From assembly GCA_002269645.1 (NCBI GenBank), contig NIVC01004573.1, positions 1 through 41,686 of the forward strand: a stretch of DNA of 41,686 nucleotides, given 5' to 3'. The position numbers and the translations under genes were made by a program. Shown here one piece after another: positions 1-12,348 of this stretch. Every line of letters begins with the position of its first letter. The first letter of the stretch is position 1. The notes beneath the pieces are model-generated. The model did no database searches, was not told the origin of the DNA, and saw only the letters and a list, made by a program, of their open reading frames with translations. The stretch comes from Macrostomum lignano. Its lineage: Eukaryota.

Positions 1-233
1 CACAAGCTCTAACCCAAGCCTAACCCTAAACCTAACCCTAAGGCACAAGCTCTAAACCCTAAACCCTAACCCTAAGTCCAAGCTCTAACCCTAAACCCTA
101 ACCCTAAGACACAAGCTCTAACCCTAACCCTAAGGCACAAGCTCTAACCCTAACCCTAAGGCACAAGCTCTAACCTTAAACCCTAACCCTAAGGCACAAC
201 CTCTAACCCTAACCTAACCCTAAACCCTAACCC
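1..233. repeat. Telomere-like variant repeat: CCCTAA/CCCTAAA hexamers interleaved with GGCACAAGCTCTAA
   Basis: Repeated ggcacaagctctaaccctaa(a)ccctaa units from base 1 to about 233, C-rich on the + strand. Confidence 0.85.
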
Positions 234-240
234 ACACACA

Positions 241-360
241 CTCAATTGTCTCAGCTAAGTAAAACTGAAGCAATGCAGAGTTGAGTGTCTTGCTCAAGGC
301 TACAAACTGTTCCGAGTGGGTCGAGAATCGAACCCCCGACGCTCTAAACCACTAGGCTAC
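241..360 (-). mobile_element. tRNA-derived SINE fragment with CORE-like domain
   Basis: Minus strand reads GTAGCCTAGTGG (A box, 360-349), then GGTTCGATTC (B box, 334-325) with the anticodon arm apparently deleted. This is followed by gtagccttgagcaagacactcaactctgcattgcttcagttt, which resembles the MIR/CORE consensus gtgaccttgggcaagtcacttaacctctctgtgcctcagttt. Confidence 0.65.
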
Positions 361-1603
361 AATCCCCCTATTTGTAAACCCTGCACAGATAAAAAAACGC
401 CAAATCATGACCATCAGTAGTATTGGTCATACTGATCGCTTCACTGCTTTAACAAAAACTTAGTCTAGCGACTGAAGCTGACACGAACACCGTAAGTTCT
501 ACTTTCTTTCTGCAGTCCCAGCATCAAATTTAGATTAGCACACAGCTCATCAGCACACAAAGCAGGTTTCTAGGAGCACATATAGAGAGCCTCGGTGATT
601 GGAAAAGTGGCTGAGGATTGGCAGAGGGGAGCGAGCAAGGCTCGGTAATCAATTTCTCGGACACGCGGTGGCGGCCGGGCCCGCAGTAATCGCATTGTCC
701 GAAACATTGATCTGAGGGCGGTATGGCCGAAGCTTATGAGCAATCACTTCTTTGCTCGGAGAAGTGGAAGTCTAAAAGCGGCGAGAGATGATCTAGCTGA
801 CAGATTATATACCGTACAGATCTTGGTTGAGAATACTTGACTCACTGATAGCAGAAGAATGCGCTTATTAATAAATAGTCAGAAGCGGTGAGTAGGTGGA
901 AAGATAGAGACAGAGAGGGTGGTTGGCGGCAGCAGACGGGTCCTGAGACTATTCAGAACCGCAGTCGGCGTCCCCACCCTAGACATGGCGCATTGATTGC
1001 TTATTTCTACTCGAGTGCCGCGCGCGGGCAGCGAGAGGAGAAGGATACTTCAACCTCTACTGCAGCCTCTTTTTTCCTGAAGGCGGGCACGCCGTGAAAC
1101 ATTTTTGAGAAGGGAAAAGGGGAAGCAGACATGCATGGGGATAGGGAAGAGGTAGATTGGAAAAGAGGAGAGAATTTAAGCTTGGGTTAGTGCGCGACCA
1201 GCGAAGCCGAGTCAAGTTACAGAACTTCGCCACTGTCAGTCTGTCCCTCAGCTCCTCACGCTGCAACTGCTTTCCATTTCTATATCTTCGTAGATCAATT
1301 TCGTTACTGCAACTCTGGATGCAGCTCAATCAGAAGTGCAGCTGCTGCTGAGAGGCTGCGCGCAGAACCGGAGACCAGGAAGAAAGTTTTTGGTCAGCAG
1401 TCCTGCAACGCAGGAGCAAAACCTGTCATATTTGTTAAAGTGCAGTGGCAGAAACAGAGGCAGCGCACCGCTTTCAAATCATTGAGCCGGATTATTATTT
1501 ATTATTTAACGTTTCAGTCATATATTTACTTCTCAGATCAGTGCACATGCCTGGCTCTTAGACTGGGCCACCGCGATCCCTTCCAGATCCCCAGACTCGT
1601 GAG

Positions 1604-4330
1604 TTGCCACTCTTCAAAGATCTTCAAACTGGCTGCTACTCCGTAGATCCTCAGATTAGACTGCCACTCTCCAAAGAACCTCAGACTGGACTGCCACTCT
1701 CCAAAGATCCTCAGACTGGACTGCGCCCTCTCCAAAGATCCTCAGGCTGGACTGCCACTCTCCAAAGATCCTCAGACTGGACTGCCACTCTCCAAAGATC
1801 CTCAGACTGGACTGCGCCCTCTCCAAAGATCCTCAGGCTGGACTGCCACTCTCCAAAGATCCTCAGGCTGGACTGCCACTCTCCAAAGATCCTCAGACTG
1901 GACTGCGCCCTCTCCAAAGATCCTCAGGCTGGACTGCCACTCTCCAAAGATCCTCAGACTGGACTGCGCCACTCTCCAAAGATCCTCAGACTGGACTGCC
2001 ACTCTCCAAAGAACCTCAGGCTGGACTGCCACTCTCCAAAGATCCTCAGGCTGGACTGCGCCCTCTCCAAAGATCCTCAGGCTGGACTGCCACTCTCCAA
2101 AGAACCTCAGGCTGGACTGCCACTCTCCAAAGATCCTCAGGCTGGACTGCCACTATCCAAAGAACCTCAGACTGGACTGCGCCACTCTCCAAAGATCTTC
2201 AGACTGGACTGCCACTCTCCAAAGATCCTCAGACTGGACTGCGCCACTCTCCAAAGATCCTCAGACTGGACTGCCACTCTCCAAAGAACCTCAGGCTGGA
2301 CTGCCACTCTCCAAAGATCCTCAGGCTGGACTGCGCCCTCTCCAAAGATCCTCAGGCTGTACTGCCACTCTCCAAAGAACCTCAGGCTGGACTGCCACTC
2401 TCCAAAGATCCTCAGGCTGGACTGCCACTATCCAAAGAACCTCAGACTGGACTGCGCCACTCTCCAAAGATCTTCAGACTGGACTGCCACTCTCCAAAGA
2501 TCCTCAGACTGGACTGTCACTCTCCAAAGATCCTCAGACTGGACTGCGCCACTCTCCAAAGATCCTCAGACTGGACTGCCACTCTCCAAAGAACCTCAGG
2601 CTGGACTGCCACTCTCCAAAGATCCTCAGGCTGGACTGCGCCCTCTCCAAAGATCCTCAGGCTGGACTGCCACTCTCCAAAGAACCTCAGGCTGGACTGC
2701 CACTCTCCAAAGATCCTCAGGCTGGACTGCCACTATCCAAAGAACCTCAGACTGGACTGCGCCACTCTCCAAAGATCTTCAGACTGGACTGCCACTCTCC
2801 AAAGAACCTCAGGCTGGACTGCCACTCTCCAAAGATCCTCAGGCTGGACTGCGCCCTCTCCAAAGATCCTCAGGCTGGACTGCCACTCTCCAAAGAACCT
2901 CAGGCTGGACTGCCACTCTCCAAAGATCCTCAGGCTGGACTGCCACTATCCAAAGAACCTCAGACTGGACTGCGCCACTCTCCAAAGATCTTCAGACTGG
3001 ACTGCCACTCTCCAAAGATCCTCAGACTGGACTGCCACTCTCCAAAGAACCTCAGACTGGACTGCCACTCTCCAAAGATCCGCAGACTGGACTGCCACTC
3101 TCCAAAGATCCTCAGACTGGACTGCCACTCTCCAAAGATCCTCAGGCTGGACTGCCACTCTCCAAAGATCCTCAGACTGGACTGTCACTCTCCAAAGATC
3201 CTCAGGCTGGACTGCCACTCTCCAAAGATCCTCAGACTGGACTGCGCCACTCTCCAAAGATCCTCAGGCTGGACTGCGCCCTCTCCAAAGATCCTCAGGC
3301 TGGACTGCCACTCTCCAAAGATCCTCAGACTGGACTGCGCCACTCTCCAAAGATCCTCAGACTGGACTGCCACTCTCCAAAGAACCTCAGGCTGGACTGC
3401 CACTCTCCAAAGATCCTCAGGCTGGACTGCGCCCTCTCCAAAGATCCTCAGGCTGGACTGCCACTCTCCAAAGAACCTCAGGCTGGACTGCCACTCTCCA
3501 AAGATCTTCAGGCTGGACTGCCACTATCCAAAGAACCTCAGACTGGACTGCGCCACTCTCCAAAGAACCTCAGGCTGGACTGCCACTCTCCAAAGATCCT
3601 CAGACTGGACTGTCACTCTCCAAAGATCCTCAGACTGGACTGCGCCACTCTCCAAAGATCCTCAGACTGGACTGCCACTCTCCAAAGAACCTCAGGCTGG
3701 ACTGCCACTCTCCAAAGATCCTCAGGCTGGACTGCGCCCTCTCCAAAGATCCTCAGGCTGGACTGCCACTCTCCAAAGAACCTCAGGCTGGACTGCCACT
3801 CTCCAAAGATCCTCAGGCTGGACTGCCACTATCCAAAGAACCTCAGACTGGACTGCGCCACTCTCCAAAGATCTTCAGACTGGACTGCCACTCTCCAAAG
3901 ATCCTCAGACTGGACTGTCACTCTCCAAAGATCCTCAGACTGGACTGCGCCACTCTCCAAAGATCCTCAGACTGGACTGCCACTCTCCAAAGATCCTCAG
4001 GCTGGACTGCCACTCTCCAAAGAACCTCAGACTGGACTGCCACTCTCCAAAGATCTTCAGACTGGAATGCGCCACTCTCCAAAGATCCTCAGGCTGGACT
4101 GCCACTCTCCAAAGATCCTCAGACTGGACTGCCACTCTCCAAAGAACCTCAGACTGGACTGCCACTCTCCAAAGATCCTCAGACTGGACTGCCACTCTCC
4201 AAAGATCCTCAGACTGGACTGCCACTCTCCAAAGAACCTCAGACTGGACTGCCACTCTCCACAGATCCCCAGGCTGGACTGCGCCACTCTCCAAAGATCC
4301 TCAGACTGGACTGCCACTCTCCGAAGATCC
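1604..4330. repeat. 30-bp minisatellite array (CTGGACTGCCACTCTCCAAAGATCCTCAGA), about 90 copies, with 31/32-bp variants
   Basis: Unit read directly from the sequence. Variants gactgcgccctc (+1) and gactgcgccactc (+2). Edges are degenerate. Confidence 0.97.
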
Positions 4331-5119
4331 TCAAACGGGATCCCCACCCTGCTTTGATCCGTAATGAATTAAATGACTACTTGAAAAGCGACAGACAATA
4401 CATGTACAGGGCAACCAATACAAACAGTTGCATCCAGTGGTATTCGCCTCTTTGCGCTTAAAAACTGCAGTAGTTCCTTTCATCAACCATCGTTAGCCCA
4501 ATTTTCTTGACTAGAAGACGATTAAATTGAAAGTTTCAGGTCCAAAGTCTTATCAAATGCCGGCAAGAGAAAGAAAAGCTCGATGGTTAGAGTCATTTCA
4601 TTTCGAATTCGACTCATTCAGACTGGCCAGTTGATTTGTTTCGCTCATTACCGACTTGACCGTGCCCACTCTAAGGAGGCATGGAGAGGGACGGACTGCG
4701 GCCGATTCCCTGCGGAGGTGCGGGAGAATTAGCATGCAGCAATTGCCAACAACTCTGGCAGGGCTGTCAGCACTGGGCAGCCAATTCTTTGCCATTAGAC
4801 TTCGCTATCAAACTAAGTTTGTCATCGTTAAGCTAAGTCAAGAGCAAAGAATGTGAATGAAAAAGGACACGATGAGCTTCTTTGGCGGTAACACGTCGTA
4901 CATGCACATTGAGCCTCAGCCTTTACTCTGCCAAATGACATACATTTCGATTTCTTAGATATGATTAAGCAGCATTATTTTTCAATTATTACCAGGAATT
5001 TTCGATCAGATTACCAAAAAACAATGCATCTACAATTGTGAATGTACATGTACCATACATCCAACACATCTCTACTATTGTCGTTATCAGCAGCAAAGGG
5101 GCATCAATATGGGTGCGCT

Positions 5120-5510
5120 AGGAGAGTCATGTTGAGCGTCAGAGGCGCCATGCTTGGTGTCAGCGACTCCAAACTGGGTGTCAGACGTGCTACGTTGAGT
5201 GTCAGAAGCGCCATTTTGGGCATCAGACGCGCCATTTGAGTGTCAGAGGCACCATTTCGGCATGAGAGGAGCGCCATTTTGGTGCGAGAGGTGCCATTTG
5301 GGTGTTATAGGCGTATTTTTGTGTGATAGGCGCTATCTCGGTGTGAGAGGCGCCATTTGGGTGTGAGAGGCAAAATTTGGGTATCAAAGGTGTCATGTTG
5401 GGTCTGAGAGACGCCATTTAGTGTGAGAGGCGTCTTTGCGTTGTGAGAGGCGCCTTTGCGGTGTGAGAGGCGCCTTTGCGGTGTGAAAGGCGCCTTTGCG
5501 GTGTGACGCG
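5120..5510. repeat. Degenerate ~20-bp minisatellite (GTGTGAGAGGCGCCATTTGG-like)
   Basis: Recurring gtgtgagaggcgcc(a/t)ttt at about 20-bp spacing. Confidence 0.85.
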
Positions 5511-5687
5511 CAGTCGAACAGTAAAATCCAGTGCAGCAACACATCAGACAGGCTCGTAATAATTTTCAGGACTGGGAAGATCTGATCGCTTCCCTACCCT
5601 ACTCTCTTCCCCGCAAGTCTGTCCACCCTACGCCAATAATGTGCCATTTAGCAGTCAAGCCAACAACAAGCCAAACAATCAAATTAC

Positions 5688-5771
5688 CTTGATCCGAAGC
5701 CATTTGCTCTTTGGCTCTTCTCCGTACGTTCTCTTGCTAATTCTCTCTGCCGCTAGTTGGATGCCAGAAAT
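5688..5771 (-). CDS. Isolated candidate coding exon (ISGIQLAAERISKRTYGEEPKSKWLRIK), parent gene unidentified
   Basis: Acceptor ttgttctgcttgcag, donor AAG|gtaatt. 84 nt, open only in phase 0. No recognisable homology. Confidence 0.3.
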
Positions 5772-5918
5772 CTGCAAGCAGAACAATAAACAGTTGATCA
5801 CAGAAGCAAAGTTGACAGGTTCTGGCAAATTTTACAGCATAATATAGCTTTCAAAGAGAGCTATGACTAAATTGTTTAATTTAAGACACCTGCGCATCTG
5901 GATTTAATTTAGAGAATG

Positions 5919-6258
5919 TTTTTATTTTATTACAGGCAGGGGGCTGTGAGCACCCTGGCGCACTTTAAGCGACATTGTCACACAACCGGCGAGAGACATT
6001 GCTGCCCATTCCGCCGACTCCCCTGAGCAGACGCACAAGCGCGCGGATACGTACGCAGTCATACGCACACCGGCACACACTCACACAGAAGTGTACAGCG
6101 GCCCTGACTTTATTTATCGTTTGGCATGTACACTTCACTGTGCCCTGGGGGTTGGCCCTCAGTGCAGACTTAGACAGAGATTCCAGTTTAGCCTCAAATT
6201 AACGTGACTGCACTTGGAATCGAGCCCGGGCCGCTGGCACATCAGAGCGCCGCGCCAG
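5919..6258 (-). mobile_element. Dispersed SINE-like repeat, copy 1
   Basis: Same-orientation similarity to 22501-22803 (e.g. gcccattccgccgactcccctgagcag; gactgcacttggaatcgag...gggccgctggcacatcagagcgcc). Minus strand has B-box-like GGCTCGATTCC near its 5' end and an A-rich tail (taataaaataaaaa). Confidence 0.7.
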
Positions 6259-7413
6259 ACCGCGCCAAACTAAAGCAGACTTTAACTGTGTAGATAAAAC
6301 TAGAAATCGAAAAAATGCACAAGGCTAGTTTCCAGCCAAGTAAGTAGTCAGTCTGGAATAAAATTGTTTCTTTACCGATGGAATGTAATAATTTATTGAC
6401 AGGTAAGGTAACAAACAAAGAGGTTGAATAAGCGGGCATGTACTTAGCACCTGTTAGATCAAATCCTGACCAACACTTTCATTGCTATTGGTTTAAGTGA
6501 AATCAAATTGCGCTTTAGTGCATAACAATTTTTTGTGAAGGATTTAGTACAACTGAATATATGCTACTTACGGGCAGTAGTGTTCACGGTAAGACAAAAT
6601 AAAAAAGCTAGCAGAGTCAAAGAGACGCGAGACAAGCAATCGAGAAAATGCAGATAAAATAAAGGAAGATGAAAACTGCATTAAAAGCAAAATCTGTCTA
6701 CAATACATTTCAATTATTCCTTTTGAACACCGTTTTGATCTTGACCTTATTTGACCTCACTATACGACACTTAAACTCCATAAGGTCAGTTGACTAATTT
6801 GTTACATCTCAAAGTTGACCTCAATTGAACCTAAACTGGCCTCATCAGCAACTCGCTGTCGCTGTAGAGTAGAATCACTGAGTTGTGTTTAGAGCGCAGT
6901 TGCGTCGCACTTAAAAGTCGCAGAAGCGCTATAGCTCACTTCCGAGACGCGTCACAAAGTCCGAGTTACAGTTGCGCAATAAACACTCAGTGTAGGCCTA
7001 GACTAACTAGATGGGCCATTCAGCATATTTGCGTGCAAACTGAAGCATTTTTAATGTATTTTTAAAGACAAGGCTCAATTATTGGCTGTTACCCCCAATC
7101 TTAAATCCTCAAACTCCACACAGAACCTCAGCGGTTAATGTACATTATGGCTGAACCAATTAGCAAGCTGTTTACGCCTGCAAGCTTGGCTTCTAAGCTG
7201 ATCAAAGTAATCTCAGCTGCCTTTATTCTTACTCACGTGACGAATCAGTCGTTATTAGCGATCTTTAGCGATTCTTGTCTCAGTATCTTTTTTTAACGGG
7301 CAGGCCTTCTTTGCCTCAAGTGACGCTTCCCAACAAACGACTATTTGTCCTTACTTGACCTTGGAGCAACCTTCTATTTCGACCTCAATTGAACCCTTCA
7401 AGGACATTCGGCA

Positions 7414-9964
7414 TCAAATCGGCACCGCGGTCGTCCTGCTCCGCAGCCTGGCAGCGGCGGCAATGGCGGCCGGCCGCAGGCGGGCCAGCGCAGGCGGCGC
7501 CGCGCAGACCAGCATCAGCGTCAGGCCCATGACGGGCCGGTGACGCAGCCAAGCCACACCGGTGACTGCCAGCGACAGGCAGCCGGACAGGCACACATAA
7601 AGAGTGACAGGCGGCAGAGCCAGCAGCGGCCGCAGCGGCGGGGCCAGCCGCCACAGAAGAATTTCTACGCCGCGAGAGCCGGGCACAAAGCAGGCGATGA
7701 GCATGAGCAGCCAGGCGGCGGCCCTGAGCAGCCAGAGATGCAGCCGGCTCTTGGCCAGCTGCCAGGCGAACATTCGCCTAGGGGATTGATAGCCCCTGGC
7801 CAGCAGAGCTATGGAGTCGATCTCGCCGTCCGGCACAGGGAAAGCTGCCAGGCTGGAGCCCGACTGACGGCCAACGATGGTGACCGCCTCGCCAGCGAGG
7901 CCGCCGTAGCTCCAGCGAATTCGCGCATCGCTAACCTGCGGCCGCCTGGGGTCGGAGCCGGCTGCGTACAGGTGACCGTCCAGCCACTGGTAGCCGCGCT
8001 TGGACAGCTCTTCTAGGGGCACCTGCGGGGTAGGGGATAAGTGCAGGTGCAGTAGTTTCGACAGATAGATGAGCAGTTCAGACAGGTAGATGAGTAGTTT
8101 AGGCAGGTAGATGAGTAGTTTAGGCAGGTAGATGAGTAGTTTAGACAGGTAGATGAGCAGTTCAGACAGGTAGATGAGTAGTTTAGACAGGTAGATCAGT
8201 AGTTTAGACAGGTAGATGAGTGGTTTAGACAGGAAGATGAGTAGTTTAGATAGGTAGATGAGTAGTTTCGGCAGGTAGATGAGTAGTTTAGACAGGTAGA
8301 TGAGTAGTTCAGACAGGTAGATGAGTAGTTTAGATAGGTAGATGAGTAGTTTCGGCAGGTAGATGAGTAGTTTAGACAGGTAGATGAGCAGTTCAGACGG
8401 TAGATGAGTAGTTTCGACAGGTAGATGAGTAGTTTAGACAGGTAGATGAGTAGTTTCGGCAGGTAGATGAGTAGTTTCGGCAGACAGGTGAGCAGTTTAG
8501 ACAGGTAGATGAGTAGTTCAGGCAGACAGGTGAGCAGTTTAGACAGGTAGATGAGTAGTTCAGGCAGACAGGTGAGCAGTTTAGACAGGTAGATGAGTAG
8601 TTCAGGCAGGTAGATGAGTAGTTCAGGCAGACAGGTGAGTAGTTTAGACAGGTACACAAGGCAGACATTTGACACACCTCACTGCTTGGCGGATTCTTCA
8701 GCGCAGTGTCGGCAGTCAGCTGATCCAGGAACACTGGCGCCAGTTCGAATGCGCCAAGGCTGGCCGCATCGGCAGTGAAATTTATGCTCGCGTGCGGCAG
8801 AGAGCGCGGATTCTGGTGCTGCCGCTGCTCCTGGAACTGCCGACTGTCCACCAGGTAGGGCAGCCAGTCGGTTCTGTACACCGGCACAGATTCTGTGCGA
8901 GAGCTGCCATCGGGCTGCGTCACCTGAGATCCAGTGTAAGTGGGATCAGATAACTAATTAGCAATAAGCACTGATTTGACACAACTGATAAAGTAGAGAC
9001 AAGGGGAGAAACTGTGACTGGATAAAGTGTGGCATTGATAAAGTGTGGCATTGATAAAGTGTGACTTGGATAAAGTGTGACATTGATAAAGTGTGACTTG
9101 GATAAAGTGTGACATTGATAAAGTGTGACATTGATAAAGTGTGACATTGATAAAGTGTGACATTTGGATAAAGTGTGACACTGATAAAGCGTGACATTTT
9201 GATAAAGTGTGACATTGATAAAGTGTGACATTTGGATAAAGTGTGACATTGATAAAGCGTGACATTTGGATAAAGTGTGACATTGATAAAGTGTGACATT
9301 GATAAAGTGTGGCATTGATAAAGTGTGACAGGGATAAAGTGTGACATTGATAAAGTGTGACATTGATAAATTGTGACATTGATAAAGTGTGACATTGATA
9401 AAGTGTGACATTGAAAAAATGTGACATTGAAAAATGTGACTTATATTTTACGAGCCTTTAAACCCGGGGATCACGAAAAACCGGGATCTTGCGATCCCAT
9501 ACCTGTGACCATAGCATCCCGACCTCCTGCAGCCTCCGATATTGCCTCACCTCGCTGTGCTCAAGCTCCTCGCGCCACTGGTACATCTCAACGGTGCGTT
9601 GCATTCGATAAGCCCGCAGGCGAACGCGGAACTCTGGGTCCAGGCACCAGCCGGACACGGTCAGCTGACCCGAAACGTGCACTAGGCGACCCTCGTTGCC
9701 AGTAGAGTGGTACTCAGCAGCTGGCAGTGACGTCACTCGTTCCAGGCCTTCGTAGAGGATTCGGTCGCGGGCCACGGCGCGAGCTTCATTCCAGTAGGCC
9801 AGACAGCAGCCAGAGAGGAGCAGCGCTGCGAAAACGAAGTAACGGACAAGACGGACACCCCGAGTTCGATTCGAGCGCAGGCTCTGCTGCATCTGCTGCT
9901 GCCTGGCGGCGACAGCAATGCTGTCGGCAAAGCCCGGATCGTTTGGGAAATTCCGGCGGTACAT
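7414..9964 (-). CDS. TMEM43: Transmembrane protein 43 (LUMA) orthologue, 3 exons: 9964-9551, 8923-8678, 8022-7414; about 422 aa
   Basis: Recognised motifs: WNEARAV, NEGRLVHVSGQL, RTVEMYQW, YRTDW...DSRQF...HQNP, RIRWSYGG, WLLRAAAW, GVAWLRHRP. All junctions are GT-AG phase 0 and the joined length (1269 nt) is a multiple of 3. Confidence 0.93.
8060..8655. repeat. 21-bp minisatellite (GTAGATGAGTAGTTTAGACAG) filling TMEM43 intron 2
   Basis: Tandem units read directly, with some 25-bp variants. Confidence 0.95.
9015..9440. repeat. 16-18-bp minisatellite (TGATAAAGTGTGACAT) in TMEM43 intron 1
   Basis: Tandem units read directly. Confidence 0.95.
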
Positions 9965-12348
9965 CCTCACTGGCAGCAAAGTGGCTGAAGCATGAAGTTA
10001 ATGGAGACCATGGACCAGGCAATGCTCAAGTACTAGGAGTAGAATAGAAAATATCATGCTAGAGAGCAAGCAAGCCTAGATTCAAAGCAGAACTCAAAAC
10101 AGACTACTCAGTCTAGTTTTGTTAACAAGAGTAGTAGTGAATCCTGCAATTATGGAACAAAATACTAGGATCTGTGTGGAGTTTGAGGGTTTAAGTCTTC
10201 AAGACTACATTAAAATGCTTCAGTTTAACTTACTACTGAACTGAAAGTAGCTTGCATTCAAATGTGCTGAGTGGCCCATCTAGTTGTTCTAGTATCTGGA
10301 TTTTTCAAAAACAAAAGTTCAAAATAGATATTGTTGAATAATTTTTTTTCACTTTGGTCAATTTTTTCATATACTATCAAGTGAAACAAACATTTTATTT
10401 TACCTCCAAAATAATAATTTAGAGCACTGAGTATTAAAAAAGTACTTTTCAAAATTCAACACAAACTTTTAATTGGCTTCTATGTTGATTTTAAAGATTC
10501 TTATAACATACTGTATAGAGGACAAAAATATTTCCTTGAAATAAACCAGGATTTAACCACAAGACCCTAGTATTAGCAAAGTCTAATATTTTTATTCTTT
10601 AGTTATAGCATAGCGCTACTACTACACCTTTTCACATTCAATTTTGATCAAAGTCCAGTTTTTTAAAAACTAGTGGAAATCAATTCAGACAATTCAGACT
10701 GGCTAATGCTGGACTTTGGTCAAAATTAAACATGAAAAGGTATAGCATTGAGGCAATTCTGCCTAATCCAATGACTCTTAACCTCTTCAAGATGGTAAAG
10801 CAAGTTTGGGCCATGATAATAAAAATTCTCTATAAAAGCACATAGAAAAATTATTGTGGGTCTTAACTTATATTGCAAGCATTTTAATTTTACTACAAAA
10901 ATTATTTTATAGAACATTATAAAAAGGCTATATAGAATACTTAACTTAAACTTAATATTAATATTTTGGAAGATATTGTTTATCCTGGAATGGTCTAGCA
11001 TGCACTTTGTTTATATGAAAAAAGTTGGCACACATTGATATGGCTTTTGGTAGTACATGATATGGTGGTGTGATAATGAGGGATAGTATATTACAATAGT
11101 AATAGTAGTATATAGCCTATATAAAGTATATCAAATGCTATTATTGACTAAATTGTATTTACTCATTAAAACTATACTTTATTATTTTTACTCACAAATA
11201 AATCATAGCCCCACAATTATAGTGGAGAGTTTAATAGGAAGAAAATCATTGTCCACTGATTAAGGCCTATACAAAAATTATAAATTTAAAAGATTGTTTT
11301 TCTGCAGTCTTAAAAATATGGAACCAGTATTCTAATATCTAATCATTTATTTTAATAATGAAATTAACTGTCCAATAAAATTAAAGTAATAAATAGTCTT
11401 GAACAGTTGAACTGCTTATTAAAATAAGAAGCTTTTTATTACTAAATATAGTAATTGCTTGGAATCAGAGCCAATTTCAATTTTATATAAAATATATAAA
11501 TATAAAAGGCTTAAATTAATTAAACACATTCATTTTTCACAAACATTCTTTGTCTTAGTTGGTTTATTAATGCAATAATGATACTATAGTCTTATATTAT
11601 AATAGACTTATGCTATCATCTAGATTGAGTTCCAGCACCACTAATCTCTAGTCATACAAAAAGGGTTTATGTGCCAAATCTTTATCATAAATAGCAACAC
11701 ATTGCGATTATTATGTGGTTTAAATATTAATTAGCTGGTCTCAATAGGTCAGTCAGCCAAGTCTGTATTAGGTAGCCTAGGTGGGGCCTATCCTATACAA
11801 TGATACAGAATCAGAGAATAAAACTGAAAATGAAGTTACAGACCGAACAAATCAAATCATAGGCAATTAAGACAAAAAGAAATTAGATAAGCACTAATGA
11901 GCACGCTACGCTATAATCTATTCTTAGATGACAAAAAGAAAATGAAAAATAATAACTTTCACATGGTGGAACTTAAAATGCGATAAAATTTCGATTTCAA
12001 TTTCTTCCGATAAAATCGGTTTAGATTAGGTCAGTTTGCTTCTTTAAAAAGCGGTTTTTTTATCTGTTTAATACTTTCAGTAAGGAAATATACTACCTTA
12101 AAAAGTAAGTGCTTTCTAACTAAATTTATTCTGTGTTGTTTTGTTATTACATAGAACAACCAAGATATAGAAGCCGCGCGGAAAGAAAATGTCTGTTATC
12201 AGAACAAATTTAAAGAAACTTTTCGTTATTAAGTGGTACTACTAAAAATAGTGGTCTATCATAAAATTCACAAAAGTGCTCTTACGCTCGTTGGATCAAT
12301 TAAGCTTTCTAAGATAAGGGCTCTTTCTGATGTTTTCAGATGTTTTGA

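Noticed and set aside
241-360. Functional tRNA gene
   Set aside because: Anticodon arm and acceptor pairing are missing, and the sequence continues into a CORE-like SINE body.
600-1450. GC-richer patches suggesting exons
   Set aside because: No consistent reading frame, splice chain or homology could be established by eye.
1604-4357. 917-aa ORF
   Set aside because: The 30-bp unit has no stop codon in any + frame and the ORF drifts between frames at 31/32-bp variants, so it is a repeat artefact.
8196-9427. Repetitive ORFs (LLIYLSK.., VTLYQCH..)
   Set aside because: Intronic minisatellites of TMEM43. Only 8678-8923 is a real exon.
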